A stretch of 64,000 bases of DNA from Octopus bimaculoides (lineage: Eukaryota), in contig NC_068992.1 in NCBI RefSeq assembly GCF_001194135.2, positions 17,867,834-17,931,833 on the forward strand, read 5' to 3'. Under the pieces are notes generated by a model that was not told the origin of the DNA, searched no databases, and worked only from the letters and a program-made list of their open reading frames with translations. The position numbers and the translations under genes are program-made. Positions 25,311 through 39,225 of this stretch are shown here, one piece after another. Each line of letters begins with the position of its first letter. Position 1 is the first letter of the stretch.

Positions 25311-26191
25311 AGTATCTTGAACAACTGATATGATAACAACATGATATTTAACTATATCTGCGACCTATTAATCCATGGATGTAATAATAGTCTACATTTG
25401 ATCTCAATTAAATTCAATTCTGGAATACAAAACATTAAGTTCGATGATATGGAGTCTCATTTGCAGGATTTCTCGTGACTGACCTTTCATTTTTTCACCT
25501 CATTATTACTTGCTTTACTTCTCCGTTTTCACTTTTATCAATTACATTCTCTTTCCAGTGCTTTCCTCAAATGATAACCTTCTCCTTTGATGTCTTTAAC
25601 TATTATTTCAAACATGTGAATATTCGGTTGTCCCTATATGGCTGTTCCCAGACAATATTGCTATTCTCTTATTGGGAGTTCACTTAGTGAGTCGTGATAA
25701 TTGAAACTAAATGTTAGAGTTTTTTTCTCTCTCCATATAACCTTACTCTTTACTCTATGTGTAACATCACGCCACCTTACCTCAACAATCAAATTATCGA
25801 ACGGCAACTACACATGACATTTTGCAATCATATAAAGAATACTTTTCTTTCAATGACGACACTTCAAAAAGCACATTTCTCTCTTCACATACATACATAC
25901 ATACATATATACATACATACATACATGCATGCATACAAACATACATACAAACATACACACACATAAACCTACATACCTACCTACACACATAAATAGGTAC
26001 GCAGTATACATATATATATACACGCACGTAAATACATAGATACATTCATGTATATAAATCTATACGTGTGCATGTATGTACGTATGTATGTATATATTAC
26101 GAATATATCAAAATACAGATATAAAATTTTGAACCATACAAATATAGATATAGACACACAAATACACACGCATATATGTATGTGTATACAC

Positions 26192-26226
<35 letters not shown>

Positions 26227-26562
26227 ACGAAAAAGAGAGATACATATAGTATGTAAATACATATATATCTATATATTTATCTACCTATCTATATATATGT
26301 GTGTGTATGTGCCTTTGCTCGTTTGGGTATATGTATACTTACTAGTATATGCAAGGAAGGGAGGGTGGAAAGTGAATAATAGGGTAAATGAAAAAAAAAA
26401 CTGAGTAAATAGAGAGATGACTGATAAATAGCCAGGCCTGTAAATCAGTAGATAGAAATATAATATATACATATATAAGAAAACAGAGGGGAAGAAAGAG
26501 AGAAAGAAAAGGCGAGTGCGTAGAGAAAAGAAATAACGATAGATGAATATAAGTGAAAAAGG

Positions 26563-26593
26563 GAGAGAGAGAGAGAGAGAGAGATAGAGAGAA

Positions 26594-26675
<82 letters not shown>

Positions 26676-26696
26676 AGAGCGAGCGAGAGAGAGAGA
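26563..26696. repeat. (GA)n microsatellite
   Basis: Direct reading. Confidence 0.97.
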
Positions 26697-29600
26697 AATA
26701 TGTATGAGTGGGTGTAATCGAAAGACATTTTTATGTGGAGTTTGTAATTTTGTTATCAGTGACTAATTGTCCAGTAAATCATCATTGTCCGCCGATCTTG
26801 ACTGCAAAACCAATTGATTTGTACTGAATAAATTTATGTTCACTGTTTCTTGTAAAAGAATGACTAGATGGAAAAGTTGTTGACTTCCAGCTATTATATA
26901 TCGTTAATAAAATGTCAAGATCTGCAATGCTACGAGGTCATCTTGCATTGCGTGGAATTAAATATTATGTTTCCGTTTGTTTAAAGAAAATTGACATTGT
27001 CAGTGGATGTTTTGTTTATATTACGACTGTCACGACATAGAAGGCATAATTTTTAGAAATGTTTGTTGCGCATTTCTCAAAGTACCATCTGGTAATTCCA
27101 GACCGAGCGTTGGCTCCTTTTAACTGCATTTGATAATGAAAGTATGGAGGAAGTTTGAGAGCAGTTCGTTTCTGGGGGTGCATGGCTGGGAAAATGATCC
27201 GAAAATTGATTTCAGTTGAATGTTTAGGAAATGATGAAGTGTTACGATAACGAGAGAAAAGACATTTGCATTGATTTCTGGGTGGGATTGTACACACTTT
27301 GGTATGAAAATAATTGGATTTACAATAGAAATGATAGAGGGAGATCTCAGTACATCGATGCTAGGGTGACGTCATGGCGACTGGATACTACATTTTTTAT
27401 TAGTCGGATGTCATTTTCTGGATTTGGCAGTTGATTTATTCTAGATATATAACTAGTACTGATATAAAATCATGTAAAATATCAGTCATAAGAAGAATCT
27501 CTGCAAATCAATTACCTTTATCAAATGTGTGAGTGCAACGAAAAGTTATCAGAGACTGTGAGACCAAATTCGAATGCTTTAGCTATATATTTCCCATGGA
27601 CGAATTAATGGTGAGTGTTTCAGAGATATGAGCAATTACTGTATTGAAACTGTGAAGTCAAAATTTTCATACAGAATGTTTCCAAGCTCTCTGAACATAA
27701 AAGCTGCTTATTTAATTACCATGATTATTACAGCAGCGAATTGGCAGAGACAAAACAGCGTTGTATAGAATGGTACGCGATATTTATTTAGACTGGCTGT
27801 GTTCTGCTTTCAAGTCTGACCGCAGTTAGTTTTACTTTTGGCGTTGATGACAAAATGTACCAAACTAGGGTGTGATTTAGTTAAAATGTGAAGGGTCGAG
27901 CAAGATACCTCATGATAGTTATTCCTCTTCTCAACTTACGTCAGCACTTCGTTCCCTATGGAGCACAGTCCATCGACATCATCTACTGTTCTCAGCTATG
28001 GTCTGTCGAAGATGAATTCCTATCTCAGGTTTTATTGGTTTAGAATAGTCATTAACGATTCTGTAACTTTGCTGTTTTTTTCTACGTATGGATGCTGGCC
28101 CAACGTAAACTCATTTTTACCTCTGGAAAGAGGTATTCCATATTTGTCTGGCCTCTATTCATGACCTGTTCGGCATGGGATGTCTCATCAAAAGCTTACT
28201 CTCAAGGTCATCGAGACATATAAAGTAACACGCCGCAACAACGACTGGAGCTTGTGATAGAATCCTGTTCTGTGCATTCTGATAACATTGTCTGAGAAGT
28301 AATTACTGCAGAGCTGTTACAAATTAAACCACTGAGAGGTATTTCTCAAAAATCACCTACATGTGGATATGAATGGCTAACTCTGACCATTACAGACCCT
28401 TAACTTCTTTTCTTCACTATGTGTTTTTCAATGAGCGCTAATGGAGCAGACAACCCACGAAATTTAGTACGCTAAACGATAGGATATGACTCAGATATAT
28501 AGAGGACTGTTTTCTACGTGTATTTGATTATTACTTCTCTGTTGCAAGACAGTGAACTGGTTGAATGATTAGCGCGTTTGAGAAAATGCTTGGTGGCAAT
28601 CTTTCCGGATCTTTACGTTCTCCGTACAAATACCGTTAAGGTCATCTTTGCTTTCTTTCCTTCAGGTTCGATAGAGTAAAGAACCATTCAAGAACTAAGA
28701 GTGGATGTAACCGTTTATCCTTCCCTTAAAACTGCTGATCTTGTACCAAAATTTGGAAGAATTCTTTCCCTGTAACATCGCTGAAGTTTGGGATTTAGTT
28801 TCTTATTTCTAGCCATTTTATTTGTTAATGAGACTGCAGTCTTTCTTTTAATCGCTGTTAGAGCCACTAATGCAAAAACAAAAACAAGTTGCAAATATCT
28901 AAATTCAGCCAATAACAAATTTTCTTTACTTCTTTTTTTTTGTATTTGAATTTACATTGCAAATTTGGGAAGTTAATAGGAATGCAAGTTCCCTTGTACT
29001 TTTTTTTCCGCTAACTTTCTCCAAATATATTACGATTTCGAATCCTATCGTATATGTCTCTGATTTCCATTCAATTTGTGATGATAACTAAATACCAGTA
29101 ATACACTACTGTTTATTCAACTAGCAATTAATTTAATCCATAAAGCCTGTTCGTTTTCTCAATACCACAATATTATTCTACACTGAAAATTTATAATATT
29201 TAGTCTTCCTGTTGGGCTTTGCTATTGTGTCTTCAAACATTACTTGTTTAAGATTCGATTCTTAATTAAAAGATTATTTACATGTCTACTTTACAAACCA
29301 CATCAAATATGCACGAGTGTATTTAGTCTTGTTTTCGATTAACAGGCGAGTCATGCAAATGTATTACCAGTATGTTTTGCAAATGTAAACATACACACAT
29401 GAAATAAGGATATAAATGAGTATATTTCGTTTGTTGAACACTTAGGCAGCTGGCTGTTTAAGGTTCCTTTTAGAACGATGAATATAATGAAGCAGAGTTT
29501 TAAATAATGGTTGTTATTTTAAAATGCCGCTTTAATCTCGCTACCTTGCAATAACTTAGTTCGTTTGTTTTCTTTGCCAACTCACAAACCTTCGTTCCTT

Positions 29601-30224
29601 TCCTTTGATAAGTTGAGCGTGAGATAATCAAGACTTTCACATAAACCAACCAATCAAACGATCGCACCGCTTTTGGACTTGTGTAGCCATTTTAATTTAC
29701 GTCGTATATAAAGTAGGTCAACATTAGGTCGGTAATCAGACTATGTTTAGTAGGAAGCTCCAAAAATCGATGCAGTAAATTTGTTTGATCGCCGCTACAA
29801 ATAGCCTTTTAGCAACATATACGTAAATTAGTGTGGAAATTCAATCACACGCTCTAAGGTTTGAAAAAAGAAAAGTGTATTCATGTTTAATTATTTACGA
29901 AAGTTAAGCAGACGTGATCGGACCTTTTTTTAAAAATATCAACATAACAAGCTTACACAAAATATCTATTGTTTTTTAAAACCATGAGGATATATTTTTC
30001 ATTTAACAGGTATTTATCTCATTGGCCCTGGAGGGAAGAATGATCGACACAGCTTTCTTGGATTTCAAAGTGTAAGAAGGATGTAAAATCCATATAGCTA
30101 CTATAAAATGTTTCTGCAAATTTTCAGTTATTGATTAAAATATTGTTTTTACTTGTTACAAGGTTTCGACATTTTAGGCGGGAAAAAGAGGGAAGAAGAT
30201 GATGATGATGATTATGATGATGAC

Positions 30225-30302
30225 GAAGAAGAAGAAGAAGAAGAAGAAGAAGAAGAAGAAGAAGAAGAAGAAGAAGAAGAAGAAGAAGAAGAAGAAGAAG
30301 AA
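30225..30302. repeat. (GAA)n microsatellite
   Basis: Direct reading. Confidence 0.97.
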
Positions 30303-31137
30303 AGAGACTGAATAGATATGCATGTAATATTTATACGTTCCAAGGACATAAGTGGCATAAAAGAAGTGAAATGAGTTTAAACGGGAATTTGGAACATTAC
30401 AGACTTGGTTTGTTTGAATTTACATCTTGCCTAACGAAACTCAACAACAAATATATTACGTAAACTATTGGGCTTCTTTTTTACTTCCAGTGTTTGCAGA
30501 ATAAAGATACAGACAAAATATATAGCTTTTAGTGTATTAGAGGTAATTGCTTTACGTAATGAAAGGAAATGTCGACTCTAATGTGATTTGAACATATAAT
30601 AGAATGAGACAAAGCTAAATATTGTATTTATATGAAAAACATTATCGCTTCTACCAACTATCTGTCGTTAAATTAAACACGATATGGAGCAGAGTGAAAA
30701 AAATTAGATAAAAATAAACAATTTAAATTTCATTTTAACTGTAAGAACGATAAATATTTTAGAAAGAAAATATTTGAAAAATAGTAAAAAGAAAAAGATA
30801 CCCCCAAAACCAGACAAATATAACTGAAGCAAAATTAAGAAAAGCGATTCTGGAGGAAGAGAGGGGAAAAGAGAAAGAGAAGGAGGGAGTGAGAGTAAAA
30901 GAAAAACATGGTTAATAGAAGTGAGAAGAAAGACAGATTTGTGTTGCAGAAAAGATCCAAACTAATAGGTTTGTAAATAATTTAATAGTTTGAAACAGCT
31001 ATTACTTAACAAGAAAATAATTTCGGTAAACAGAATCTTATTTAAAGAAATGTAATCAATAAAAATAAAATTCTTGTTAAATATATTCTGAAAGATTGCC
31101 ATAATTTAATTTAAAATAAAAACAAAATATTTAAAGC

Positions 31138-31172
<35 letters not shown>

Positions 31173-31269
31173 ATGTGTGTGTGTGTGCGTGTGTGTGTGT
31201 GCGTGTAAATGTATATATGTATATATATACACGCATAATGTATTTATGTGTAATATATATATATATGCA

Positions 31270-31354
<85 letters not shown>

Positions 31355-31589
31355 TATATATATGCGTTACATATATATGTATGTCGCTATATATAAATAT
31401 ATACATGTATATATATGTGTGTGTGCATATATATGTGTATATGTATATATATATGATTTNNNNNNNNNNNNNNNNNNNNNNNNNNNNNNNNNNNNNNNNN
31501 NNNNNNNNNNNNNNNNNNNNNNNNNNNNNNNNNNNNNNNNNNNNNNNNNNNNNNNNNNNNNNNNNNNNNNNNNNNNNNATATATATGCA

Positions 31590-31674
<85 letters not shown>

Positions 31675-32167
31675 TATATATATGCGTTACATATATATGT
31701 ATGTCGCTATATATAAATATATACATGTATATATATGTGTGTGTGCATATATATGTGTATATGTATATATATATGATTTCTTGGATGAACAGAGATTATA
31801 CTAGACAGGTTTATACATGTCTATCTATTTTATTGCTCATGTAGTTTAGCGTCCCATGTTATATTTTCACAAGAAACAAATAGGGAGGTATTTGTCAATT
31901 ATCCTCCGACAGTTTGTTTTTCTTGATATATTGACTCTTTTTCATTTGTCCCTTCCTCATTAATCACCACACATCATATATATATTGCATACATATAAGA
32001 GGGATGACCACTAAATGGACAACCATTATGCTAGAAGACCACCTATGGTCTTATCACTAAGAAAAGATTGTTCTCAAGAAAATTCAGCAAACGCCTAAAC
32101 GTAAGCGAGCAAGACAAATGGAAAGATACAAACATAAAGATTAATCACAAACGCGGTTTCGTTGTTG

Positions 32168-32464
32168 CCACTTACGTAATTACTTGCGTAAACGTCCGCA
32201 ACTTATCCGTGTGATCGTCATAGTAATATAATTTGCAGAACTATACACGAGACGTCCGCATGAGATTGAACATGTATATAGTTCTACCAATTATATTTGG
32301 GGTTTTATTTCAAAAGTCTTCGTTTCGGCGCGCCAAATGTAATTGGTAGAACTATATACATGTTCAATCTCATGCGGACGTCTCGTGTATAGTTCTGCAA
32401 ATTATATTGCTATGACGATCACATTGATGAGTTGCGGACATTTACATATGTAATTACGTAATGG
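32168..32464. mobile_element. Foldback/MITE-like inverted repeat, 129-bp arms, 32-nt spacer
   Basis: 32172-32300 versus 32333-32461: 9 mismatches counted by eye, 69-bp perfect inner stretch. Confidence 0.85.
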
Positions 32465-32689
32465 TTTTTAATGAATGGACTACTATTGTTATGGGTTCTT
32501 CCTTCCCCTACTCTGACTTAGAGTAGAGGAAGGGAGAACCCACGATTATTTTAAGGCCCTCTGACATGTGTTTAGGAAGCGATAGAGTTGCCCACCGTTC
32601 GGAGACACGGCCCCAAACGCTTGCGATAGAGCAAAAACCCATTAATTTAGGCAAGTATCACGTGGTTGTATTGAGGTATGTGGCGTATT

Positions 32690-32830
32690 AACCAATCTGT
32701 CAACTCTGAAAGGGATGAAAGGCAAAGTCGACTTCCGCAGGATTTGGACTAATAACGCAAAGATGGATGAAGTGCTGCTAAACATTTTGCCTGGCATGCT
32801 AACCATTCTACTTGCTTCCCGCCTTATTTT
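32690..32830 (-). mobile_element. SINE family B 5' part
   Basis: ggatgaaaggcaaagtcgacttccgcaggattt. Confidence 0.75.
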
Positions 32831-33109
32831 TTGCCTTAATATTAATGTAACGAATTGTGTAAAATGCTTGCAATTAGATCAAATGTACTTCGCAAACTTT
32901 AATTTTACGGTTCCGACTAAAACAATTATAGATATTGGTGTCTTTTAAGTGGAATATAGAAAGGAGGTAAGTAATACGCTTGATTTGTACAAAGGCATAT
33001 TATATTCTGCTTAAGCAGTATATCGCACCATCTCGTGTTTATACTAAAAAAGCTCTCTGAAGGAATGAAATCGTCATGTCTTTCCCATACTCTAAACAAT
33101 TTTAACTTT

Positions 33110-33246
33110 AGAAATTGTTCCAGGTTCAGTCCTACTGCGGGGAAATCGTGAGCGATTGTATTCTACAGTACCCTCAGGCAGCCGAGCAAAGCCTTGTGAG
33201 TGGATTTGATAGGCAGAAACTGAAAGAAACAAGTCGTATATATATA

Positions 33247-33294
<48 letters not shown>
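33110..33294 (+). mobile_element. SINE family C 5' half running into (GT)n and a gap
   Basis: ccaggttcagtcctactgc...aagccttgtgagtggatttg..agaaactgaaagaa. Confidence 0.8.
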
Positions 33295-33716
33295 NNNNNN
33301 NNNNNNNNNNNNNNNNNNNNNNNNNNNNNNNNNNNNNNNNNNNNNNNNNNNNNNNNNNNNNNNNNNNNNNNNNNNNNNNNNNNNNNNNNNNNNNNNNNNN
33401 NNNNNNNNNNNNNNNNNNNNNNNNNNNNNNNNNNNNNNNNNNNNNNNNNNNNNNNNNNNNNNNNNNNNNNNNNNNNNNNNNNNNNNNNNNNNNNNNNNNN
33501 NGTCATGGAAATAACAGCAATTTGAAAATAGTTTACCAGTTTCTTGGCTTATCTCACCAATAGGAGACAGGATTGGCAGTCATCCTTTTCTCAAATCAAA
33601 AAAATCTTTAATGGAATCAAGGCGCTTAAATTTTTCCTTAACCTAAATCTTTGATCGGAATAACGACGAGGTGTCAGCTGAATCACTGAGATCTCCAAAG
33701 AGTTTGATTCTATATT

Positions 33717-34136
33717 CTTTTCTACTCTAGGCATAAGGCCCAAAAATTTTGGGGGAGGGAGCCAGTTGATTAGATCGACCCCAGTACGCAACTGATACTC
33801 AATTTATCGATCCCGAAGGGATGAAAAGCAAAGTCGACCTCGGCGAAATTTGAACTCAGAACGTAGCAACAGAAAAAATAGCGCTAAGTCTCCGTCAGCT
33901 CGCCGCCTTAAAGAATATATTCTTTTCTACACTAGGCACAAGGCTCGAAATTTTAGGGGAGGGGACCAGTCAATTAGATCGATCGTAGTACGCAAAAGTA
34001 CTCAATTTATCGACCCCGAATGGATGAAAGGCAAGATCGACCTAGGGAGGAATTTGAACTCAGAACGCAAAGACAGACGAAATACCGCTAAGCATTTCTC
34101 CCGGCGTGCTAACATTTCTGCCAGCTCACCGTCTTA
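33717..34136 (-). mobile_element. Head-to-tail dimer of SINE family B
   Basis: Two units, 33717-33910 and 33922-34136, joined by aagaatatattctt. Confidence 0.9.
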
Positions 34137-34468
34137 GTTCGATTCTATTCTGTATGTCACTCATTTCACCTTTCTTCAATTTCTTTTCAACTGAGCTCAT
34201 TTTGTCAAAATTTATTTGAACAGGCAGGGAGAATTGGACTCTTGACCGATTTCGTAGCTACCCCCGCATGAACGGAAGTGATGTAATTTCGAACAGGAAG
34301 CCATGTTTTTTGGACATCATTTTTGATTTAACGGAATGTTACATCACATACTTCTGTGCTCACTTAAAAATGAGAAAGATTTGCAAATATCCTTGAGGCG
34401 AATGTAGTTATTACGAATTAATGCACATACATAAATACATCCATGCTTTTGTTTATGAGTTTTAAACC

Positions 34469-34525
<57 letters not shown>

Positions 34526-34930
34526 ATCTCTCTCTCTCTATATATATATATATCTTCAATGAAGCCACATTTCGTTTTTTAAAAAATGTATTAACATAGC
34601 CATATAAGTTAGAAAGCCAAATTGACACAGCTACATCTATAGGAAAGTTTTCCATGTGAAGTTTTAATAATTCATTATAAAAGCTTAGGTAGCAGGGGAA
34701 TAGTGACAAGCCATGTGTCAGGTATAATTGTGTGTTTATGAATTAGTAAATACATGTAAACACCATCCTGTCACAAATTAACTTGGCTTCACGTTTTCAA
34801 AGTGCTTAATAATGAAGGTGGAAAACATGCAAAGAACGAAACAAATAATAGAAAAACACTATTACCATAAACAAGATTAAAAAAGATATAGGTATGTGCA
34901 TATAAGTGTATACATGTGTGTGTCCACTTA

Positions 34931-34962
<32 letters not shown>

Positions 34963-35272
34963 CATGTGTATGTACATAGTGACGGATATATGTGTGTACA
35001 TGTGAATGTTTACACACATGCATATGTAATATGTATATATATATATATATACGTATATATATATATGTGTGTGTATACATATATGTACACATATACAAAT
35101 ACATATGTATATACAGATACACATATATGCATATATACATACATATGTACATATATCTATATATATATAATATATAGATATATATATATATGAATATATA
35201 TGTGCATATATATGTGTGTATATATATGCACATATATGTATGTATACATATATGCCTATATATATGTGTATA

Positions 35273-35309
<37 letters not shown>

Positions 35310-35427
35310 NNNNNNNNNNNNNNNNNNNNNNNNNNNNNNNNNNNNNNNNNNNNNNNNNNNNNNNNNNNNNNNNNNNNNNNNNNNNNNNNNNNNNNNNNNN
35401 NNNNNNNNNNNNNNNNNNNATATATAT

Positions 35428-35545
35428 AGAATGGTAGTCGAGGATATTGCAATAAACATTGACAGCTTGAGTCTCGATCTGTCAACAATTTGATCTTCAG
35501 TTTTGTTGTAGAAATCCGGATTTGTGTATTGCTTTAGAAACACAA
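35428..35545 (-). mobile_element. Short (TA)n-anchored element with decayed hammerhead-like core
   Basis: Minus strand: CTGAAGA TC...GATC GAgAC tcaagct GTC, about 35 nt upstream of TATATA. Confidence 0.35.
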
Positions 35546-35969
35546 TGTCACATTGATATACATTGAAATAACGAATAAACGCAACAGAGTAAGATAAAAA
35601 AAAAAAAGAGACATTCTGTTGTTCGGTTTATTTATTGTATATGTATTATTTTATTTCTGACATGGAGACGTGCGGAAAATCCATCACGAATGTCTTTTCC
35701 TATAAAAACATGTTGCACAATATGGAAGCCATGTAGACAAATATGTACATAGTTTCACATACATTCACATGGACTCATGTTCACACAGACACCCACATAT
35801 GCATACGCGCGCGCGCATGCGCCCACGCAATCTCGTATAGTCACATGCAGACAAACATTCAGGCGTTCATTTTACACATTTTATTTGTACGCATCTCTCT
35901 ATCTTGAAAGTCTTGCTTTAGTTGGGAGACTACTACTGCTACTTCTTCTGCTGCCACTGCTGCTACTGG

Positions 35970-36031
<62 letters not shown>

Positions 36032-36610
36032 TTTACTACGTGCTTCAACGTGTTCCCTCGATAGAAATTGTAGTCGAATCTCCATATAGTCGAAACTCCA
36101 TATCACAGCCTACTTTCTTAAAATGAAGGATGCGTTGTACGCTGGGATCTTAGACAATTTATCGAGAAACGAAAGATAACAAATAAGATGGGATGCTGCA
36201 TTTATTTACACCTAAATCACGACATCAACATCATATCCTTGAAATTTAAGCAGAAGTGGAACTTGTATGAGAGGTCTTCTCTTGTTTTATTTGCAGCCAA
36301 TTTGAGATTCTTCCCTAACGGCCTTAAATGTACAGTTGAGAAAAGTTGTGTTATGCTCGGTAGAACCCATTACCAAGAACACTTGTGCGAATATCCCCAT
36401 AACTCCCGTCAACACCTACCTATTATCCTGACAATATATCTCCAACCCACGCTCCCCAACCATATGGTTCCGGGTTCAATCCCACTGCGTAGCACCTTGG
36501 GCAAGTGACTTCTGTTATAACGTTGAGCTTACCAAAGCTTTGTGAGTTGATTTGGTAGATGGAAACTGAAGGAAGACCATCGTATACATGCATACACACA
36601 CACACACACA

Positions 36611-36652
<42 letters not shown>

Positions 36653-36670
36653 GTTGAGACNNNNNNNNNN

Positions 36671-36730
<60 letters not shown>

Positions 36731-36943
36731 GTTGAGACTTACAGAAATGCAAAAGACGAAGACAGGTGTGTAAACAACAAGAAGGTGTTTTAATTTAATA
36801 CTCGGCAAAGTGAGTAAGTCTTTTACGTTTCGAGCCTACGCTCTTCAGCAGAAAGGAACACGAGGAAATAAACAAAAGAGGAAATAAAAAGAGAAATTGG
36901 TGGTATTTAGCGGTTTGGCATGGCGACTGGTTTGAAACAAATG

Positions 36944-36945
<2 letters not shown>
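36731..36945 (-). mobile_element. Short hammerhead-bearing element nested in the SINE-C microsatellite
   Basis: Minus strand: pyrimidine tract, hammerhead, gtcttcgtcttttg, caacTATATA; layout as 14300-14524. Confidence 0.6.
36820..36855 (-). ncRNA. Minimal hammerhead-like motif with A6 substitution
   Basis: CTTT CTGCTGA A GAGC-gtag-GCTC GAAAC GTA AAAG: 4-bp stem I, 4-bp stem II, loop-less stem III, GUA triplet. Confidence 0.55.
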
Positions 36946-37004
<59 letters not shown>

Positions 37005-38412
37005 GTATTTGGGCGACTGTTTGTCACCCCCATCGCTTGACAACCAACGTTGATGTGTTTATGTCCCCGTCAGTTAGCGGTTCGGCAAAACTGCCCGATA
37101 GAATAAGAACTATGCTTAAAGAAAATAATTTCTAGGGTCGATTTATTCGACTAAAAGCGGTTTTCCAGCATGGCTACAGTTAAACGACTGAAACAAGTAA
37201 AAGAATACGACAATGAAGAAAGCAAAATTGCTTTTCAGATTTCCAAAACGCTTAGTTATATAACTTCTGTCAATAATCTTTACCAAGGTTTTTCAGATTT
37301 GAGCCCCCAACACCGACATTAATTATCTGATGTATATACAAAAAGGAAAAATAAATGCACCCACAATCGTATTCTTAATTTATATTAAGAATCTAATACG
37401 CACAAAACGATACACCCCCAGTTGCACATACGAAATAATCAACCTGATAAAAATCACAGACCTTCAAAACTATTCACGAGATCAACATTGTATACTTGAG
37501 AAACAAAACTAAACATCACAAACTAAATAAGAAATTAAACCACAGAAAAACAGGTATGCGTTTTTAAGCAACATTAGCGACAAAACAATGTAAACATTAT
37601 ATAGTGTAGTTAGCAATAATAAAAGCACCAAGAACCATAATAGATGCCATACAATCGTAATCTCAAATAATACACTCCAAATCCTGAATCGAAGCTAGCT
37701 AACGCCCTCGCCATAGATTCTGTGAAAATTAGCGGCGAAAGTCGTCGGTAAAGCAAAACGAAAATACTTCCCATTTATGCCGTGATTCTGATCTCTTCCA
37801 TCGATCACTATCTGAGAAGCAATAGAAATAACAATAGGAATAGAAAATTTCAAATATCTCCATGCCAGGCAATGTAAAAGACACAATGTGTAAGAGACAC
37901 AAGACAGTTAAGAAAGAATACTAGCAATCTCCAGCATCTACTAATGTTCGTCAAAAAGACTGTTAGATTCGCAGAATATGAAAGACGGATGGGAAAAAAT
38001 CGCAGTCTAAAGTTAAACGAACTCTTAAGCTTGCTGATACAGACTTTTATACATGCCTATAAATATCTTCGTAAGGCTACATGTGGGCTTCGATAACTAA
38101 TTACTCGGCATATAACATTTTAACTACCATCGATAGTGATAAGTCTTTCGACTCGATTCCATTTCAAATGCACATAATACAACACTTCTTAAATAAAAGA
38201 TAACACTCCTAATTATATTATCTCTCAAGCTGTCTAGCATATGCAGAATACAAAAACATTTCCAGAACTTGCAATTTCCCTAATGGACTACCATAATTAA
38301 TATTCGCTCAGTCAACCGTTTCAGCTATATGTTGTGGCGAGAGTCATTGAAACCCCTGGCGGATTGGAAGTATGGACTAGCCGAACTCTTATAAAGAGTA
38401 GTGGTCGGTAAT

Positions 38413-38417
<5 letters not shown>

Positions 38418-38472
<55 letters not shown>
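38418..38472. repeat. (GA)n microsatellite
   Basis: Direct reading. Confidence 0.97.
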
Positions 38473-38473
<1 letters not shown>

Positions 38474-38780
38474 ATGTTTTGGTAGTCTCGTGAAGTACGT
38501 CGTGTGAACATATAATTTATCTATACCAACCTGTGGCAGGATATAAAACTGTACTCAAACGAACTTCCGACCCTTCATCATAACATTTGCAGTCTTTTAC
38601 TCTGTTGCTACCGCACTATTTTCCGATCGTAGCTGCATAACGATCCCAAGATTTTACTAACCAACTAGAAAACTGATTCCCAAACAAAACGGTCAAATCT
38701 AATGATTTTCTTCTCACTAGCAACCACAGAGAATTCAAACATAGACAACAATCACATCCAACGACATTCATGTGACACGT

Positions 38781-39225
38781 TGTTGTTAGCACTCCGTCGC
38801 TTACGACGTCGAGAGTTCCAGTTGATTCGATCAACGGAACAGCCTGCTCGTGAATTTAACGTACAAGTGGCTGAGCACTCCACAGACACGTGTACCCTTA
38901 ATGTAGTTCTCGGGGAGATTCAGCGTGACACAGTGTGACAAGGCTGACCCTTTGAATTACAGGTACAACAGAAAAAGGAAGTAAGAGTGAGAGAAAGAGT
39001 GTGGTGAAAAAGTACAGCAGGGTTCGCCACCATCCCCTGCCGGAGCCTCGTGGAGCTTTAGGTGTTTTCGCTCAATAAACACTCACAACGCCCGGTGTGG
39101 GAATCGAAACCGCGATCCTATGACCGCTTGTCCGCTGCCCNNNNNNNNNNCCGGTGTGGGAATCGAAACCGCGATCCTATGACCGCTTGTCCGCTGCCCT
39201 AACCACTGGGTCATTGCGCCTCCAC
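38781..39225 (-). mobile_element. SINE family A, full length, 12-bp TSD (artefactual internal overlap at 10-N gap)
   Basis: TSD catgtgacacgt at 38769-38780 and 39226-39237. Confidence 0.92.

Larger units (their letters stand above)
36430..37207 (+). mobile_element. SINE family C interrupted in its internal microsatellite
   Basis: 5' half 36430-36660, 3' half 37005-37207, foreign element between. Confidence 0.8.

Noticed and set aside
27016-27297. 93-aa minus-strand ORF
   Set aside because: No recognisable motif or splice context
31259-31777. Identical ~200-bp blocks on both sides of a gap (also 36641-36738 and 39091-39199)
   Set aside because: Typical unmerged contig overlaps; assembly artefact rather than duplication
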